In this document: piece by piece, positions 53,942 through 63,896 of the stretch
Position numbering within the stretch: the stretch's first letter is position 1
Layout of the letters: every line of letters starts with the position of its first letter
From: Thecamonas trahens ATCC 50062
Lineage: Eukaryota; Protista; Apusomonadida
Assembly (NCBI RefSeq): GCF_000142905.1
Contig: NW_013657669.1
Coordinates: forward strand, 1-64,000
Reading direction: 5' to 3'
Length of the DNA stretch: 64,000 nucleotides
Notes under the pieces: generated by a model
Told to the model about the DNA's origin: nothing
Databases searched by the model: none
The model's input: the letters and a program-made list of their open reading frames with translations, nothing else
Program-made: the position numbers and the translations under genes

Positions 53942-54846
53942 TCACTGGGCACCGCCCGTGGTGTACGGGTCGAGGTGGAGCTCACGACGACGCTCCTCGG
54001 TGGCCTTGCGCCACTTCGGGTTGACGGTCGACGGCAGCGGGGCTATCGACACACATAGATCCATTTCCAATCACATCCACACAGTGAGTCATTATCGGAA
54101 CAAGTCCTTCCCACACCCCTTCCCCAGCTGACCCATGTACCAGCTGTACTTTGGGAGGGGGGGGGACGGGGGAGGAGGGAGGGAGCCGGTGCGGGCGCGA
54201 GACGACGACACTCGGAAGACCCGTCAGCCGACCCGACGTCACCCACTTCCGCCGAGTTGGAGAGCGAGCCCAGGAGGCCATGACTAGCAAGGGAGACCGC
54301 CACTCCGAGTAGGAGAGAAAGATGTGCAACAGTAGTGGTGGTGGTGGTGGTGGTGGTGGTGGTGGTGGTGGTGGTGGTCGGGGAATGGGGGGAGAGGAAG
54401 GGCATGGGTGTGATCAAGGCGACAGTCGGTGGTTGGTGGTGGTGGGCAATATTTTTGCCGCCAGGTCAGCCAGCCTAGCCAGCGCTTGTATGGGCAAGGT
54501 GTAGGTGTATGTCATGCACATATGGGTGGTGGGTGGATGGAGGGGTATCTGGGTTGGAGTGGTACAGGTGGTCGTGGTCGTTGGTCGTTGGCTAATGGGC
54601 AAGGGTGGGTAGGGTAGGGTGGCGTGGGGGGGGGGGGGGGGGAGGGGGAACAAGGTGGCGGGATGGACCAGTGGCCGGGTGGCGGTTCACCTCGGCAAGT
54701 ACTGGTTGGTGTGAGGGATGGAGAAGGTGGGAGAAGGTGAGAAAAGGGAGGAGGTACGTACAGCCCCAGACAGCGTTGACAATCTCGCAGAGGACGACGC
54801 CGCCAACAATGGAACCGAGCATGGAGATACCGAGCTTGCCAGACAT
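53942..54846 (-). CDS. Minimal cytochrome c oxidase subunit 4 (COX4/yeast Cox5-like), 61 aa; exons 54762-54846 and 53942-54042
   Basis: Phase-1 splice (T|gtacgt ... tag|CC) gives MSGKLGISMLGSIVGGVVLCEIVNAVWGSPLPSTVNPKWRKATEERRRELHLDPYTTGGAQ: a TM helix followed by P-x-T-x-x-x-x-W...[DN]P, as in the COX4 C-terminus. Confidence 0.7.
54335..54378. repeat. (GGT)n microsatellite in the COX4-like intron
   Basis: Read directly. Confidence 0.9.
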
Positions 54847-54948
54847 GATGAGATGAGAAGACGAGTGGTGCTTCTAAACGTCATTGATTACCGCATTGAG
54901 ACTTTATCGTTGGGTCGTCGACCCGCAGTCAGCCATCACACGCCGGCC

Positions 54949-55212
54949 ACCGATCACGCTACCGATTATACTACGGATCATAATACCGATCACGCCACCG
55001 ATCACACTCCCGATCACACTGCCGATCACGCTACCGAACACGCTACCGATCATACTACGGATCACACTATCGATCATACTACGGATCATGCTACGGATCA
55101 TACTACGAATCACGCTACCGAACGCGCTACCGATCACACTACCGATCATACTACGGATCACGCTACCGATACTACGGATCACGCTACGGATCAACGGATC
55201 ATGCTACGGATA
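54949..55212. repeat. 12-bp minisatellite AC[CG]GATCA[CT][AG]CT, about 22 units
   Basis: accgatcacgct / acggatcatact units in tandem with no spacers. Confidence 0.93.
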
Positions 55213-55337
55213 TCCCCCCCTCTCCACACGTGTCGATTTTTGGGGGGGAGGTGTGCGTCAGCCCTGCGTTCGACGCCCGGCCACGCGGCGCCGGCCACAG
55301 GCGACAAGCGACAAGCGACGACAGACGTGACTCGACC

Positions 55338-55862
55338 ATGAGCATTACGGTGGACATTCAGCTGGAGAGCATTCTCCGTGTGGGAGTCTGCGGCTGCTTT
55401 GTAGGCCATGGATGGATTGCCTTTTCTGGAGCTGAGGCCTCAAAGTGGCGTGGCTATCTGGCGGCAGGTGGCTTTACCTCTGCTGAGGCCGTCATCCTTC
55501 TTCCCCTCATCGGTCTCCTCGACATCGCCATCGGCATTCTGACTCTGTTCTATCCTCTCTCCTTGGTCACCATCTGGGCTGCTGCTTGGGCCTTTGCCAC
55601 TGCTGCCATTCGCCCTATTGCTGGCGAGTCCATCTGGGCTGCCATCGAACGCGCTGGCAACTGGGCCACTCCTCTGGCTCTTGTCTATCTCCATGCTCAT
55701 CGGCAGGTCTCCCGATCTGCCTTGCCGTCCTGGTTCCCGCCATGGCTCGCAGACATGCTTGATCCGAGCCTCTCCTGGGATCTCTCACTCAAGTATGTCT
55801 TCACCCTCATTGTCGCCCTCCTCGGCTGCGTCCTCGTCCTCCGCACCCTCCGGTCCCGCTGA
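55338..55862 (+). CDS. DoxX-like small multi-TM membrane protein, bacterial-type
   Basis: ILRVGVCGCFVGHG, IGLLDIAIG, W..ATAAIRPIAGE....IERAGNW..PLAL; intronless. Confidence 0.7.
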   Translation: MSITVDIQLESILRVGVCGCFVGHGWIAFSGAEASKWRGYLAAGGFTSAEAVILLPLIGLLDIAIGILTLFYPLSLVTIWAAAWAFATAAIRPIAGESIWAAIERAGNWATPLALVYLHAHRQVSRSALPSWFPPWLADMLDPSLSWDLSLKYVFTLIVALLGCVLVLRTLRSR

Positions 55863-56073
55863 TCCCGCGCCCACCGCCCACATCGCACCTCCTTCCTCAC
55901 TCGGCCCGTAAATCACACCCTGAACTGGCCAATCCCCCGCGCGTACCTGCTCCACCACCCAAGTGCCGCACGCGGAGGGCTCCCATGCGTGCGCCCAATT
56001 TCAAACTGCGGCTGACAGCCCATTACCGCACTCTTCTCGTCGGCACTCGAAGCCACGGCTGTACTCATCATCC

Positions 56074-59000
56074 ATGGGCAAGCTACTCGCCATCGTAGTG
56101 GTAGCTACCATACTGCTTTTGTTCTCGGGAACTGGTTTTGGTTCTTCTTGTCTCCTGCCTTCGATCCCTCCGCAGCGTGCCATTCTCTCCACCACCGCTC
56201 GAGGCGCCTGGTCGGCTGCCCCGGCTCTCCTCACTCCCGACGGTGACATGGATCTTCTGGTTGCCATCTCGGACGATCATCAAGTTGTGTACTTTCGTGA
56301 CATTGCTGTCACCGCCTCTCCGCTTTCGGTCCTTGTCACCGATGCACTCGGAAAACCTCGAGCTGTTGCCGCTGGCCTCATCGATGCCGATGACTTTGTC
56401 GATGTCGTTGTCGCCTCGCTCGACGAGGACGCTCTTGTGTGGATCGCCAACGACGGCTTCGGGGACTTTACCTCTTCACTGCTCAACGTCCTCTCTCCGG
56501 GCATCGCCAATATGCAGGGTCTTGCCATCCACGACATGGACGGTGATGGTGCCATCGACCTCGTCGGCGCCGGAGCCATCGGCCCAGCCGCCGTCCGCAT
56601 CTGGTACGCCGCATCGCCCGGCTCCTTCCCCGAGTCGACCTCCATCGAACTCGCCACTGGTTACGATGGCTCCAACTCGGTCGAGCTTGTTGATCTCACC
56701 CGCAACAACAGGGCTGATGTCCTCGTTGCCGCCCCACAGGCCAACACCGTCTTCTATGTCCCTCACATTGGAAACCGCACCTTTGCCCCACCGATCGTCG
56801 TCGCCAGCGACGTCGGCAACGCCGTCTGCACCCGTGCTGCCGATCTCACTGGAGATGGTGCTTCCGACGTTGTCGTCGCCGTCGCCGCCGAGGGTGCCGT
56901 CGTTTACTTTGTCAACAACGGCGCGGGCGGCTTTGACTCGGCTGCTCGCGTCACCATCGCCACAGACACTGCTCAGGTCTGGTGGATTGCTCTCGGCGAC
57001 ATCAACGCAGACGGCGCAGTTGACGTTGTCTCGGCCTCGGCTACCTCGGGCCTCATCGCCTGGCACGTCAACCTTGGCCGCGGCTCGTTTGCCGCCGGCT
57101 CACAAACCATCGACACATCGCTCACCAACGCCCGCTTCATCGGCCTCGAAGACCTCGATCGCGATGGTACGCCCGATGTCTTTGTCGCTGCAGACTCGGC
57201 GGCCACCGTCGCATGGTACGCCAACAACGGGTCAGCCGTCGCCGTTGCCGCCTCCTCCGTCACCATCACCACCGTCGCCAAGCGGGCAAAATCCATCGCC
57301 CTCGCAGACTTTAATCTCGACGGCACCGTCGACGCCGCCATCGCTTCCACCTCGGACGATCTCTTTGCCCTCTACCCGAACGCCGGCCACGGCTCTTTTG
57401 CCCTCGCCACCAAGACCAACGTCCTAACCTCGCTTGACGGGCCCATTGCCGTCGTCGCCGCCGACCTCAACGCCGACGGCCTGCCCGACATGATCTGCAT
57501 CGCCGGCGACGGGCTTGCTGTTGTCATGCTCAACAACCCGATCTCACCCGGCACCTTTGCCTCGTCGCCTGCTCTTCGCACAGATCTCTGCACTACCTGC
57601 CCCACCCCTCTCGCCGCAGCCGCTGGCGACCTCGACAGCGACGGCCATCTCGACGTAGTCCTCGCCACCTCGGGCAGCCCCTCGCTCCTTGCCTTTTACA
57701 ACACTGGAGGCAGCGCCAGCTTTCCAGCCGGCGCCATCGCACTCGCCACGGGCCTCGGTGCGGTCCAGGACCTGGTCATTGCAGACATCAACGGCGATGC
57801 CCGCACTGACATCGTCTACGTCTCGTCGTCGACGTCAACCATAGCCTATCTCCCGGGCATTGGAAACGGCTCCTTCGCTCCCATCCCCATCCCCATTGCC
57901 GCATCGGGCGTTTCCAACGTCCAAGCGCTGCAGCTTGCTGATCTCGACGCCAACGGTTCGCTCGACGTCATTGCCGCCCTTGGCTCTTCGATGGCGCTTG
58001 TCTGGATCCGCTCCACAAGCCCAGGCTCCTTTGCGCCTCCCGCCACGCTTGCCACCGGGGCAGCGTTCTCCTCGATTGCCGTAGGTGACATCAACCACGA
58101 CGGCGTGCTCGATGTGGTGTACGCGGCCCACAACTCAGACGAGGCTGGGTGGATCCGCGGGACTAGCCCGGGTGTCTTTGACCCCGCCCGTATCCCGTTT
58201 CCAGAGCCGGCGCCACTTGCCTCAGACGTCGTCATCGCCGACATCAACGCCGATGGCCTCCGCGACGTCGTCGTCTCCTCTGCCGAGGACTACACAGTCC
58301 GCGCCTTTATCGCAGCCGCCCACATGGGCTCCTCGCCTGCGCATCCGACCATCGACTACCCTCCCGCCCGCATCAGCCCGCGCCCTGTTTATGGCGCTGC
58401 CAGCTACGCGCATCTCAACACCCTCGCTGCCACGCTCCGCACCGCATCCACATGCTGGCCGCAGCGCGTACATGTCGCCGCCCAAGCACCGCAGCTCTCA
58501 GGCTGCTCAACTGCGGCCCTCATTCCCATCCCAGTCGCAGCCCGATGGACCATCGCTGCTCCACTGGACGCGCCACTCGCGATCGACTGCCACGGCGGCG
58601 TCCTCTTTGCCGTCCACGGCGAGCTCACCCTTGAGAACCTGGTCATCACCCGCACCGGATCAGGGACAGCGGCCGATGCCAGCTCTGGCTTGCTTGTTCA
58701 TGGCGGTCTTCTTACGCTCCGCAACGCGACCATCACCGACAGCACTGGGTCTAGTGATGGAGGCGCTGTTCGCATCTTGGCGTCAGGCTCTCTCATCGCC
58801 AGCTCCTCCACATTTGCCCGCAACACAGCAGCAGGCTCTGGAGGCGCGCTCGCGGTTGACGCACACGCAGATCGTGTGACGCTGAATGATGTGACCTTCG
58901 TCGACAACTTGGCCGGTCGCGATGGTGGCGCCGTTGTCGCTGCTGGTGGCTCCATTATCGCCACCAACGTTGTTGTCGCGGGCAACTCGGCAGCAGGCTC

Positions 59001-61557
59001 TGGTGGTGGTGTATGCGCCATAGGCAGCGGCGGGCCGCCATCGCTCACGATCACGTTCGCCGGGCATCTGTCAGCGATCCGAAGCAATGTCGCTGGCGGA
59101 TCTGGCGGCGGCCTGGCGGTATCTGGCGCCGCCAACCTGACCATGGCCGCCGGCCGCCTCGTGCTCAACGCTGCACGACTTGGCGGCGCCATTGCGGTCA
59201 CGCCGGCTCTCTACACGCTGCCGGCCTCGATGGCTCAGCTGGAGGGACTCACCGGAGGACCATGGCCGGCGCTCGCCATTGGCTCGGACGTTCTCATCGG
59301 CTCGCACACCGCCGACTACGGCGGGCTCATCTTCGCCTGCGTACCGGGTTCGGCTCTGCCACGGCTCGCATTCTCGGCGATCGACGGCGACGCGCAGATT
59401 ACAGCCGCCGTCGGTGGTGGGTATGGATACGTTTGCCCGGACACGGGGCTAGCGTCGGCGATGACGGCCGACGCGCCAACGAGCACGGTGTTCGCAGCGG
59501 ATGGCTACGGCTCGCTGGTCGCCTCGCCGCCGATGACGGTGTCAGTCGCCGAGGCGTCGCTGCCGGCGGTTGCTGTTTCGGCACGGTCGTTCGGCGGCGG
59601 CACGATCGTCGCTTATGATGCGCTTGGCACGGCCGTGGTCGATCCCAGCCTGAAGGCGAAGCTTGCGGTTGTGGACACAGGTGTGCTTCGTGGCGCCGAG
59701 CTCGGTATCGCTCTAGACGGACAGGGTGGGACTGGGAGCTTGGCGGGGATCAGCCTCGGGCTCCCGCGGAGTGCCTTTGCGGCTGGCACCACAGTCAGCG
59801 GTGTGGTCGACATTGCGCTAGGCAGAGCGGTGGGCTCTCTGACTATCGAGATCAGCGCGTGCCCACCGGGCGAGGGCCGAGTCTCGGGCACAAACGATGT
59901 ACTGGCGTGTGACGTGTGCGAGCCGGGCCTGTTTTCTCGAACGACATCGACCGAGCCGTGCGATGTTGTGCCCGATTGCGCGGCAAATCGCGTCCGGGGC
60001 GCGAGCGGCAGCAACGCCACGGTCGCGGCTTGCGTGTGCATGCCTGGCTTTTACAATCTCGCCCGAGATGAGGCTGGGGCGTGCTTGGCATGTCCAGAAG
60101 GCGCCGTTTGTGCCGGCGGCGACGCGCAGCCGCTAGCGGCAACGGGCTGGTTCCCATCCGAGCAGCCGGAAGTGTTCCTAGCATGCCCGGTAGCAAGTGC
60201 ATGTACCGGCGACGGCACCTGTCAGGCCGGTTACACGTCGCGGCTTTGCGCCGAGTGCGCGCGAGGATACTATCGGCTCGGCTCACGGTGCCTTCGATGC
60301 CGTGCTGGGGCGAACAGTGCCGTCGTAGTGGCACTGGTAGTCGGATGCCTGGCAGCGATAGCGATGATGCTAGGCTTCAACCTCTCGACCTCGCTGCACT
60401 ACAAGTTTGCGTCCGTCATGATCGGCTTTAACGCGCTGCAGATTGCAGCGCTGTACGGACGGCTGGATCTGGAATGGGGCGAGGTGGCTCGTGCGGTCTT
60501 CTCGTTTGCCTCTTCGCTCAACATCAACTTTGAGCTGACCTCGCCCGAATGCGCGGCGTCTGCAAATGCCGATGTCTGGGTCCTCAAGTGGGCGCTCGCG
60601 CTTGCGCTTCCGATCTTTGCGGCGCTTGCACTCGGCGCGGTCACGTGCTGCATCTTTGTGCCGATGCTGGCGTATGGGCTGCTGGACAATTTTGCCGCCT
60701 TTGAGGGCACCAACTGGAGCATGCTGCGATGGGCGGCGGGCCGGACGTGGTTCCAGATCCTGGTCCTCATCTACATGCCGCTCTGCTCGGCGGCGCTCTC
60801 GGTCTTTGGCTGTGAGCAGGCGAGGGACGGGCGATGGATCCTAGCCGCGGATCCGGCGCGAAGCTGTTACACAGCATCGTGGATGGGGCTTGCGGCCGTC
60901 GGCGGCAGCGCGGTGGGCGTGTATGCGCTTGGCGTCCCGATTTCAGTGTGGTACTTTCTCCGCAACCGGCGGCGAGTTCTCGACCGCGCCATCTTCTCGC
61001 TGCGCTACGCCTTTCTGGTGGCGCGATTCGAGAGCCGATGGTGGTGGTTCGAGGTGGTGATCATGGCGCGCAAGGTCGGTGTCGTCGCCGCCTTTACCTT
61101 TGTAGCCGGCGATGTCAACAAGGCGCACCTCGGCGCTCTGCTGCTGTTTGTGGCGACCGTCCATCTTGCCGCGGCTCGGCCATATGGCGAAGAGCTGCAC
61201 AACCGGATTGCCATCGGCGCAATGAGTGGCGCGTTTGTTGTCTTGTTTGCCGGCACAGGCGGCGAAGCAACGATGCGGACCGCGGGCGTCCTCGGCGGGC
61301 TGGCAATCTGTCTCGGCGTCATTGTCCTCGGCGTGGCTCTGGATCTTCGACGGATGGCAGCCGACGAGAAGGACGCGGATGCCGAGTTCTACTCTCCCGG
61401 TATGGTCCGCATGGACTCGGGCGAGGCCATTGTCATCCAGTCGCCGCGATCGTCGATCGCTGACGTCGAGCTCACCACTATGGTCGACGATGAGTGCTCG
61501 GATCACACCCGGGGCTCGCTCCTCGGGCCGCCATCTCCGATCAACACCATCGTGTAA
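56074..61557 (+). CDS. FG-GAP/VCBS repeat + GGA(I/L/V) beta-helix repeat + Cys-rich + multi-TM surface receptor-like protein
   Basis: Signal peptide; many D[ILFM]xxDGxxD repeats; FxxNxAxxxGGA repeats; CLACPEGAVCAGG..GWF..CQAGYTSRLCAECARGYY; C-terminal TM block with WWFEVVIMARK. Confidence 0.88.
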   Translation: MGKLLAIVVVATILLLFSGTGFGSSCLLPSIPPQRAILSTTARGAWSAAPALLTPDGDMDLLVAISDDHQVVYFRDIAVTASPLSVLVTDALGKPRAVAAGLIDADDFVDVVVASLDEDALVWIANDGFGDFTSSLLNVLSPGIANMQGLAIHDMDGDGAIDLVGAGAIGPAAVRIWYAASPGSFPESTSIELATGYDGSNSVELVDLTRNNRADVLVAAPQANTVFYVPHIGNRTFAPPIVVASDVGNAVCTRAADLTGDGASDVVVAVAAEGAVVYFVNNGAGGFDSAARVTIATDTAQVWWIALGDINADGAVDVVSASATSGLIAWHVNLGRGSFAAGSQTIDTSLTNARFIGLEDLDRDGTPDVFVAADSAATVAWYANNGSAVAVAASSVTITTVAKRAKSIALADFNLDGTVDAAIASTSDDLFALYPNAGHGSFALATKTNVLTSLDGPIAVVAADLNADGLPDMICIAGDGLAVVMLNNPISPGTFASSPALRTDLCTTCPTPLAAAAGDLDSDGHLDVVLATSGSPSLLAFYNTGGSASFPAGAIALATGLGAVQDLVIADINGDARTDIVYVSSSTSTIAYLPGIGNGSFAPIPIPIAASGVSNVQALQLADLDANGSLDVIAALGSSMALVWIRSTSPGSFAPPATLATGAAFSSIAVGDINHDGVLDVVYAAHNSDEAGWIRGTSPGVFDPARIPFPEPAPLASDVVIADINADGLRDVVVSSAEDYTVRAFIAAAHMGSSPAHPTIDYPPARISPRPVYGAASYAHLNTLAATLRTASTCWPQRVHVAAQAPQLSGCSTAALIPIPVAARWTIAAPLDAPLAIDCHGGVLFAVHGELTLENLVITRTGSGTAADASSGLLVHGGLLTLRNATITDSTGSSDGGAVRILASGSLIASSSTFARNTAAGSGGALAVDAHADRVTLNDVTFVDNLAGRDGGAVVAAGGSIIATNVVVAGNSAAGSGGGVCAIGSGGPPSLTITFAGHLSAIRSNVAGGSGGGLAVSGAANLTMAAGRLVLNAARLGGAIAVTPALYTLPASMAQLEGLTGGPWPALAIGSDVLIGSHTADYGGLIFACVPGSALPRLAFSAIDGDAQITAAVGGGYGYVCPDTGLASAMTADAPTSTVFAADGYGSLVASPPMTVSVAEASLPAVAVSARSFGGGTIVAYDALGTAVVDPSLKAKLAVVDTGVLRGAELGIALDGQGGTGSLAGISLGLPRSAFAAGTTVSGVVDIALGRAVGSLTIEISACPPGEGRVSGTNDVLACDVCEPGLFSRTTSTEPCDVVPDCAANRVRGASGSNATVAACVCMPGFYNLARDEAGACLACPEGAVCAGGDAQPLAATGWFPSEQPEVFLACPVASACTGDGTCQAGYTSRLCAECARGYYRLGSRCLRCRAGANSAVVVALVVGCLAAIAMMLGFNLSTSLHYKFASVMIGFNALQIAALYGRLDLEWGEVARAVFSFASSLNINFELTSPECAASANADVWVLKWALALALPIFAALALGAVTCCIFVPMLAYGLLDNFAAFEGTNWSMLRWAAGRTWFQILVLIYMPLCSAALSVFGCEQARDGRWILAADPARSCYTASWMGLAAVGGSAVGVYALGVPISVWYFLRNRRRVLDRAIFSLRYAFLVARFESRWWWFEVVIMARKVGVVAAFTFVAGDVNKAHLGALLLFVATVHLAAARPYGEELHNRIAIGAMSGAFVVLFAGTGGEATMRTAGVLGGLAICLGVIVLGVALDLRRMAADEKDADAEFYSPGMVRMDSGEAIVIQSPRSSIADVELTTMVDDECSDHTRGSLLGPPSPINTIV

Positions 61558-61629
61558 CCGAGTAACACTAACTGCGGGGCTCTGTGTACGGGAGTGGTCT
61601 TCAATGTGCGTCGGGTACATGTACCTCGC

Positions 61630-62366
61630 TCAAGCGTTGATCTTCTTCTGCTGAACCTCCTGCGGCATGTTCTGCATCTGCTGAAGCTTCTGGGCGGCCA
61701 GCTGCATCTGGTAAGCCTTCTGGTTGAGCTTGGCAACCTTCTTCTGCGCAGCCTGGACCACACCCTCCTTTGCGGTGATAGCGCCATCGAGGCGACCCAT
61801 CTCTGCGGTGATGTACTCGAGCCGCTTCTCGACGTTCTGCTTTGCCTCATCGACATCCTGCAGCACCAGTGCAGGACCGATGAGCTTGAACACCCTCGCG
61901 TCATCATCCAGCAGATCAAACTCCTCCTTGACCATGGTGTTCTCGTTGAGCCGAGCCGCGTAGCCCGCCCGTGACTGAACGAGCTTGTTGAGCTCTAGCA
62001 CCGTCACCCATACACCAACCACGCCCAATTCAGAGCCCACCACAGAGTAAGTAAGCCAATGACCTGGTAACTCGTCCACCAGCAAAGCCCAGCTCCCCAC
62101 CACTCGCTTTCACCCTGCCGACTGTGGCGCCCCGCCCGCTCTGCCGCCCCCCGCCCGCGCTCCCCGCCCCCCCATCCCACCCCCACCGCCACCTAGCGGG
62201 GGCACAAGAGGAGGAAGGAAGAGGTGTTGAGGTTGGAAAATGGAGCAAGGGCATGGAGAACAAGTTGGAGAAGGTACGTACCCACTTGTGCGGTCTGCTC
62301 CTCGTGCATGGCGCTCTCAATGTCTGCAGAAAGTTGGTTCAGCTGCTCGGGTGTCAGGCCGGACAT
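61630..62366 (-). CDS. PFDN6: Prefoldin subunit 6; intron 61995-62281
   Basis: LNENTMVKEEFDLL...VFKLIGPALVLQD..EAKQNVEKRLEYI; phase-1 splice from MSGLTPEQ...AQV. Confidence 0.92.
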
Positions 62367-62978
62367 GGTGCTGGGGGAGGAAAGGGGGGTCAAGTGGTCG
62401 ACTGCGTCACCGGTTGCCATGGCGCTGGCATTGTCATCACCACACCGATGGAGACACCGACTCCAAACCAATGGTCAGATGCAGTTGCAAATACAGATTA
62501 TGTTGGATAGCTGTGGTGGGCTTTGGCCAGACCGCCCCTGTCTGCCCGCCTCCGCCCCTGCCCCTGATCCTTGTGCGCACAGCAGGCAGGGGGGAGGCGG
62601 CGATCAAGGGCGATCGAGGGCGATCAAGCTCGTAGCAGTGTGCCCGAGGCAAAAGCTGACCCTCTCGGATGGTTGGTGAAGAGTAAACTTCCGCACTGGG
62701 TGAGTGTGGCGAGCAAGAGCGGGTGATCATGACCAACCACGACTGATCATGACCGACCATGACCGATGAAGGGCGATCAAGATCAATGAATGGCTATCAA
62801 GGCCATATCAGGAACACGTCCGTGAAGAAACTCTCCCCTTTCCACAGGTTGGCGATGGCTGCCGTCTGTTTAGCACTCGGCCGATGCTGGCGGTGTGTGG
62901 GTGTGGCTCCATCACGACTCAACTCGCTCAGAGGCAGCAAGTCGCTCATATCCCACCTCCACCCCACCACCCTCCGCC

Positions 62979-63896
62979 ATGCACACTCTTGCACGCAGAG
63001 TTGTTGTATCTGGTATTGGTCTACACTCGGGGCGCCCGGCGAGTGTCTCCCTTGCTCCGCTTCCTCACCACTCCCCTCATCCACATCTTGTGACTGCTCA
63101 GCTCAATGGCGTCATGACTCCGCTGGCGCCTGCCTTGGTCTCAGAGACTACTCTGGCGACAACCTTGTCCATCGGTCGGTGCTCTGTGGCCACGGTTGAG
63201 CATATGATGTCAGCTCTGGTAGGCTCCGGCATCGATGCTGCGATCATCGAGATTGAGGCCAATCAAGGTGCCGATACGGTGGAGATGCCCATTCTCGACG
63301 GGTCAGCGTCCGAGTGGGTGCAGGCTATCGCCTCGTGCGGCCGCGCCGAGCTTAGCGGCGACACCTCGTCAGCAACCTGCGCGCTGCTCGCGCCTCTCGA
63401 TCGCCCGCTGAGGGTTGACGATCCTAAGGGTACCAACGGCTTCATCGCATATAGCCCGGGAGCAGCGGCCGATCCGGACGTGTGCTCGCTGGACGTCTCG
63501 GTCGTCTATCCCGCACTCGGCAAGCAGCAGCTCTGCTGGGATTTTGATCCGTGGACAGAGGCTGGACGTGCGGCATACGCCGCAGACATCGCCCCGGCCC
63601 GCACATTCACCTTTGAGAGCGAGCTCGACGCACTGCGCGCCGCTGGACTCGCCGCCGGCGGCTCGCTGCACAATGCGCTCGTCTACACCGCGTCTGGTGC
63701 GCTGTATTCTGACCAGAGTCGCGACATGCTGCGTTTTCCCGACGACGAGGCCGTCCGCCACAAGACGCTTGACCTCATCGGCGACCTCACCCTCGCACCT
63801 GCCGCCTTTCATCGCCTCCGCGGCGGAGTCGTCGTCGCCCACAAGCCCGGCCACGCTCTCAACGTTGCATTTGCCGCCGCCCTCGCCGCTCTCTAG
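62979..63896 (+). CDS. lpxC: UDP-3-O-acyl-N-acetylglucosamine deacetylase LpxC (true start may be upstream, with a targeting peptide)
   Basis: HTL...SGIGLHSG, TVEHMMSAL, EMPILDGSA, IAPARTF, GGSLHNA, RHKTLDLIGDL, GHALN. Confidence 0.95.
   Translation: MHTLARRVVVSGIGLHSGRPASVSLAPLPHHSPHPHLVTAQLNGVMTPLAPALVSETTLATTLSIGRCSVATVEHMMSALVGSGIDAAIIEIEANQGADTVEMPILDGSASEWVQAIASCGRAELSGDTSSATCALLAPLDRPLRVDDPKGTNGFIAYSPGAAADPDVCSLDVSVVYPALGKQQLCWDFDPWTEAGRAAYAADIAPARTFTFESELDALRAAGLAAGGSLHNALVYTASGALYSDQSRDMLRFPDDEAVRHKTLDLIGDLTLAPAAFHRLRGGVVVAHKPGHALNVAFAAALAAL

Noticed and set aside
53790-55337. Telomerase RNA next to POT1
   Set aside because: No CTAACCCT-type template seen; most of the region is explained by the COX4-like gene.
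54718-55341. ORF with (TDHA/TDHT)n repeats, or a CRISPR-like array
   Set aside because: Translation of a 12-bp minisatellite; overlaps the COX4-like exon antisense; no unique spacers and no cas genes.
62855-63896. Bacterial contamination as the source of lpxC
   Set aside because: Contiguous with intron-containing eukaryotic genes, similar composition, no operon context; read-level confirmation is still advisable.
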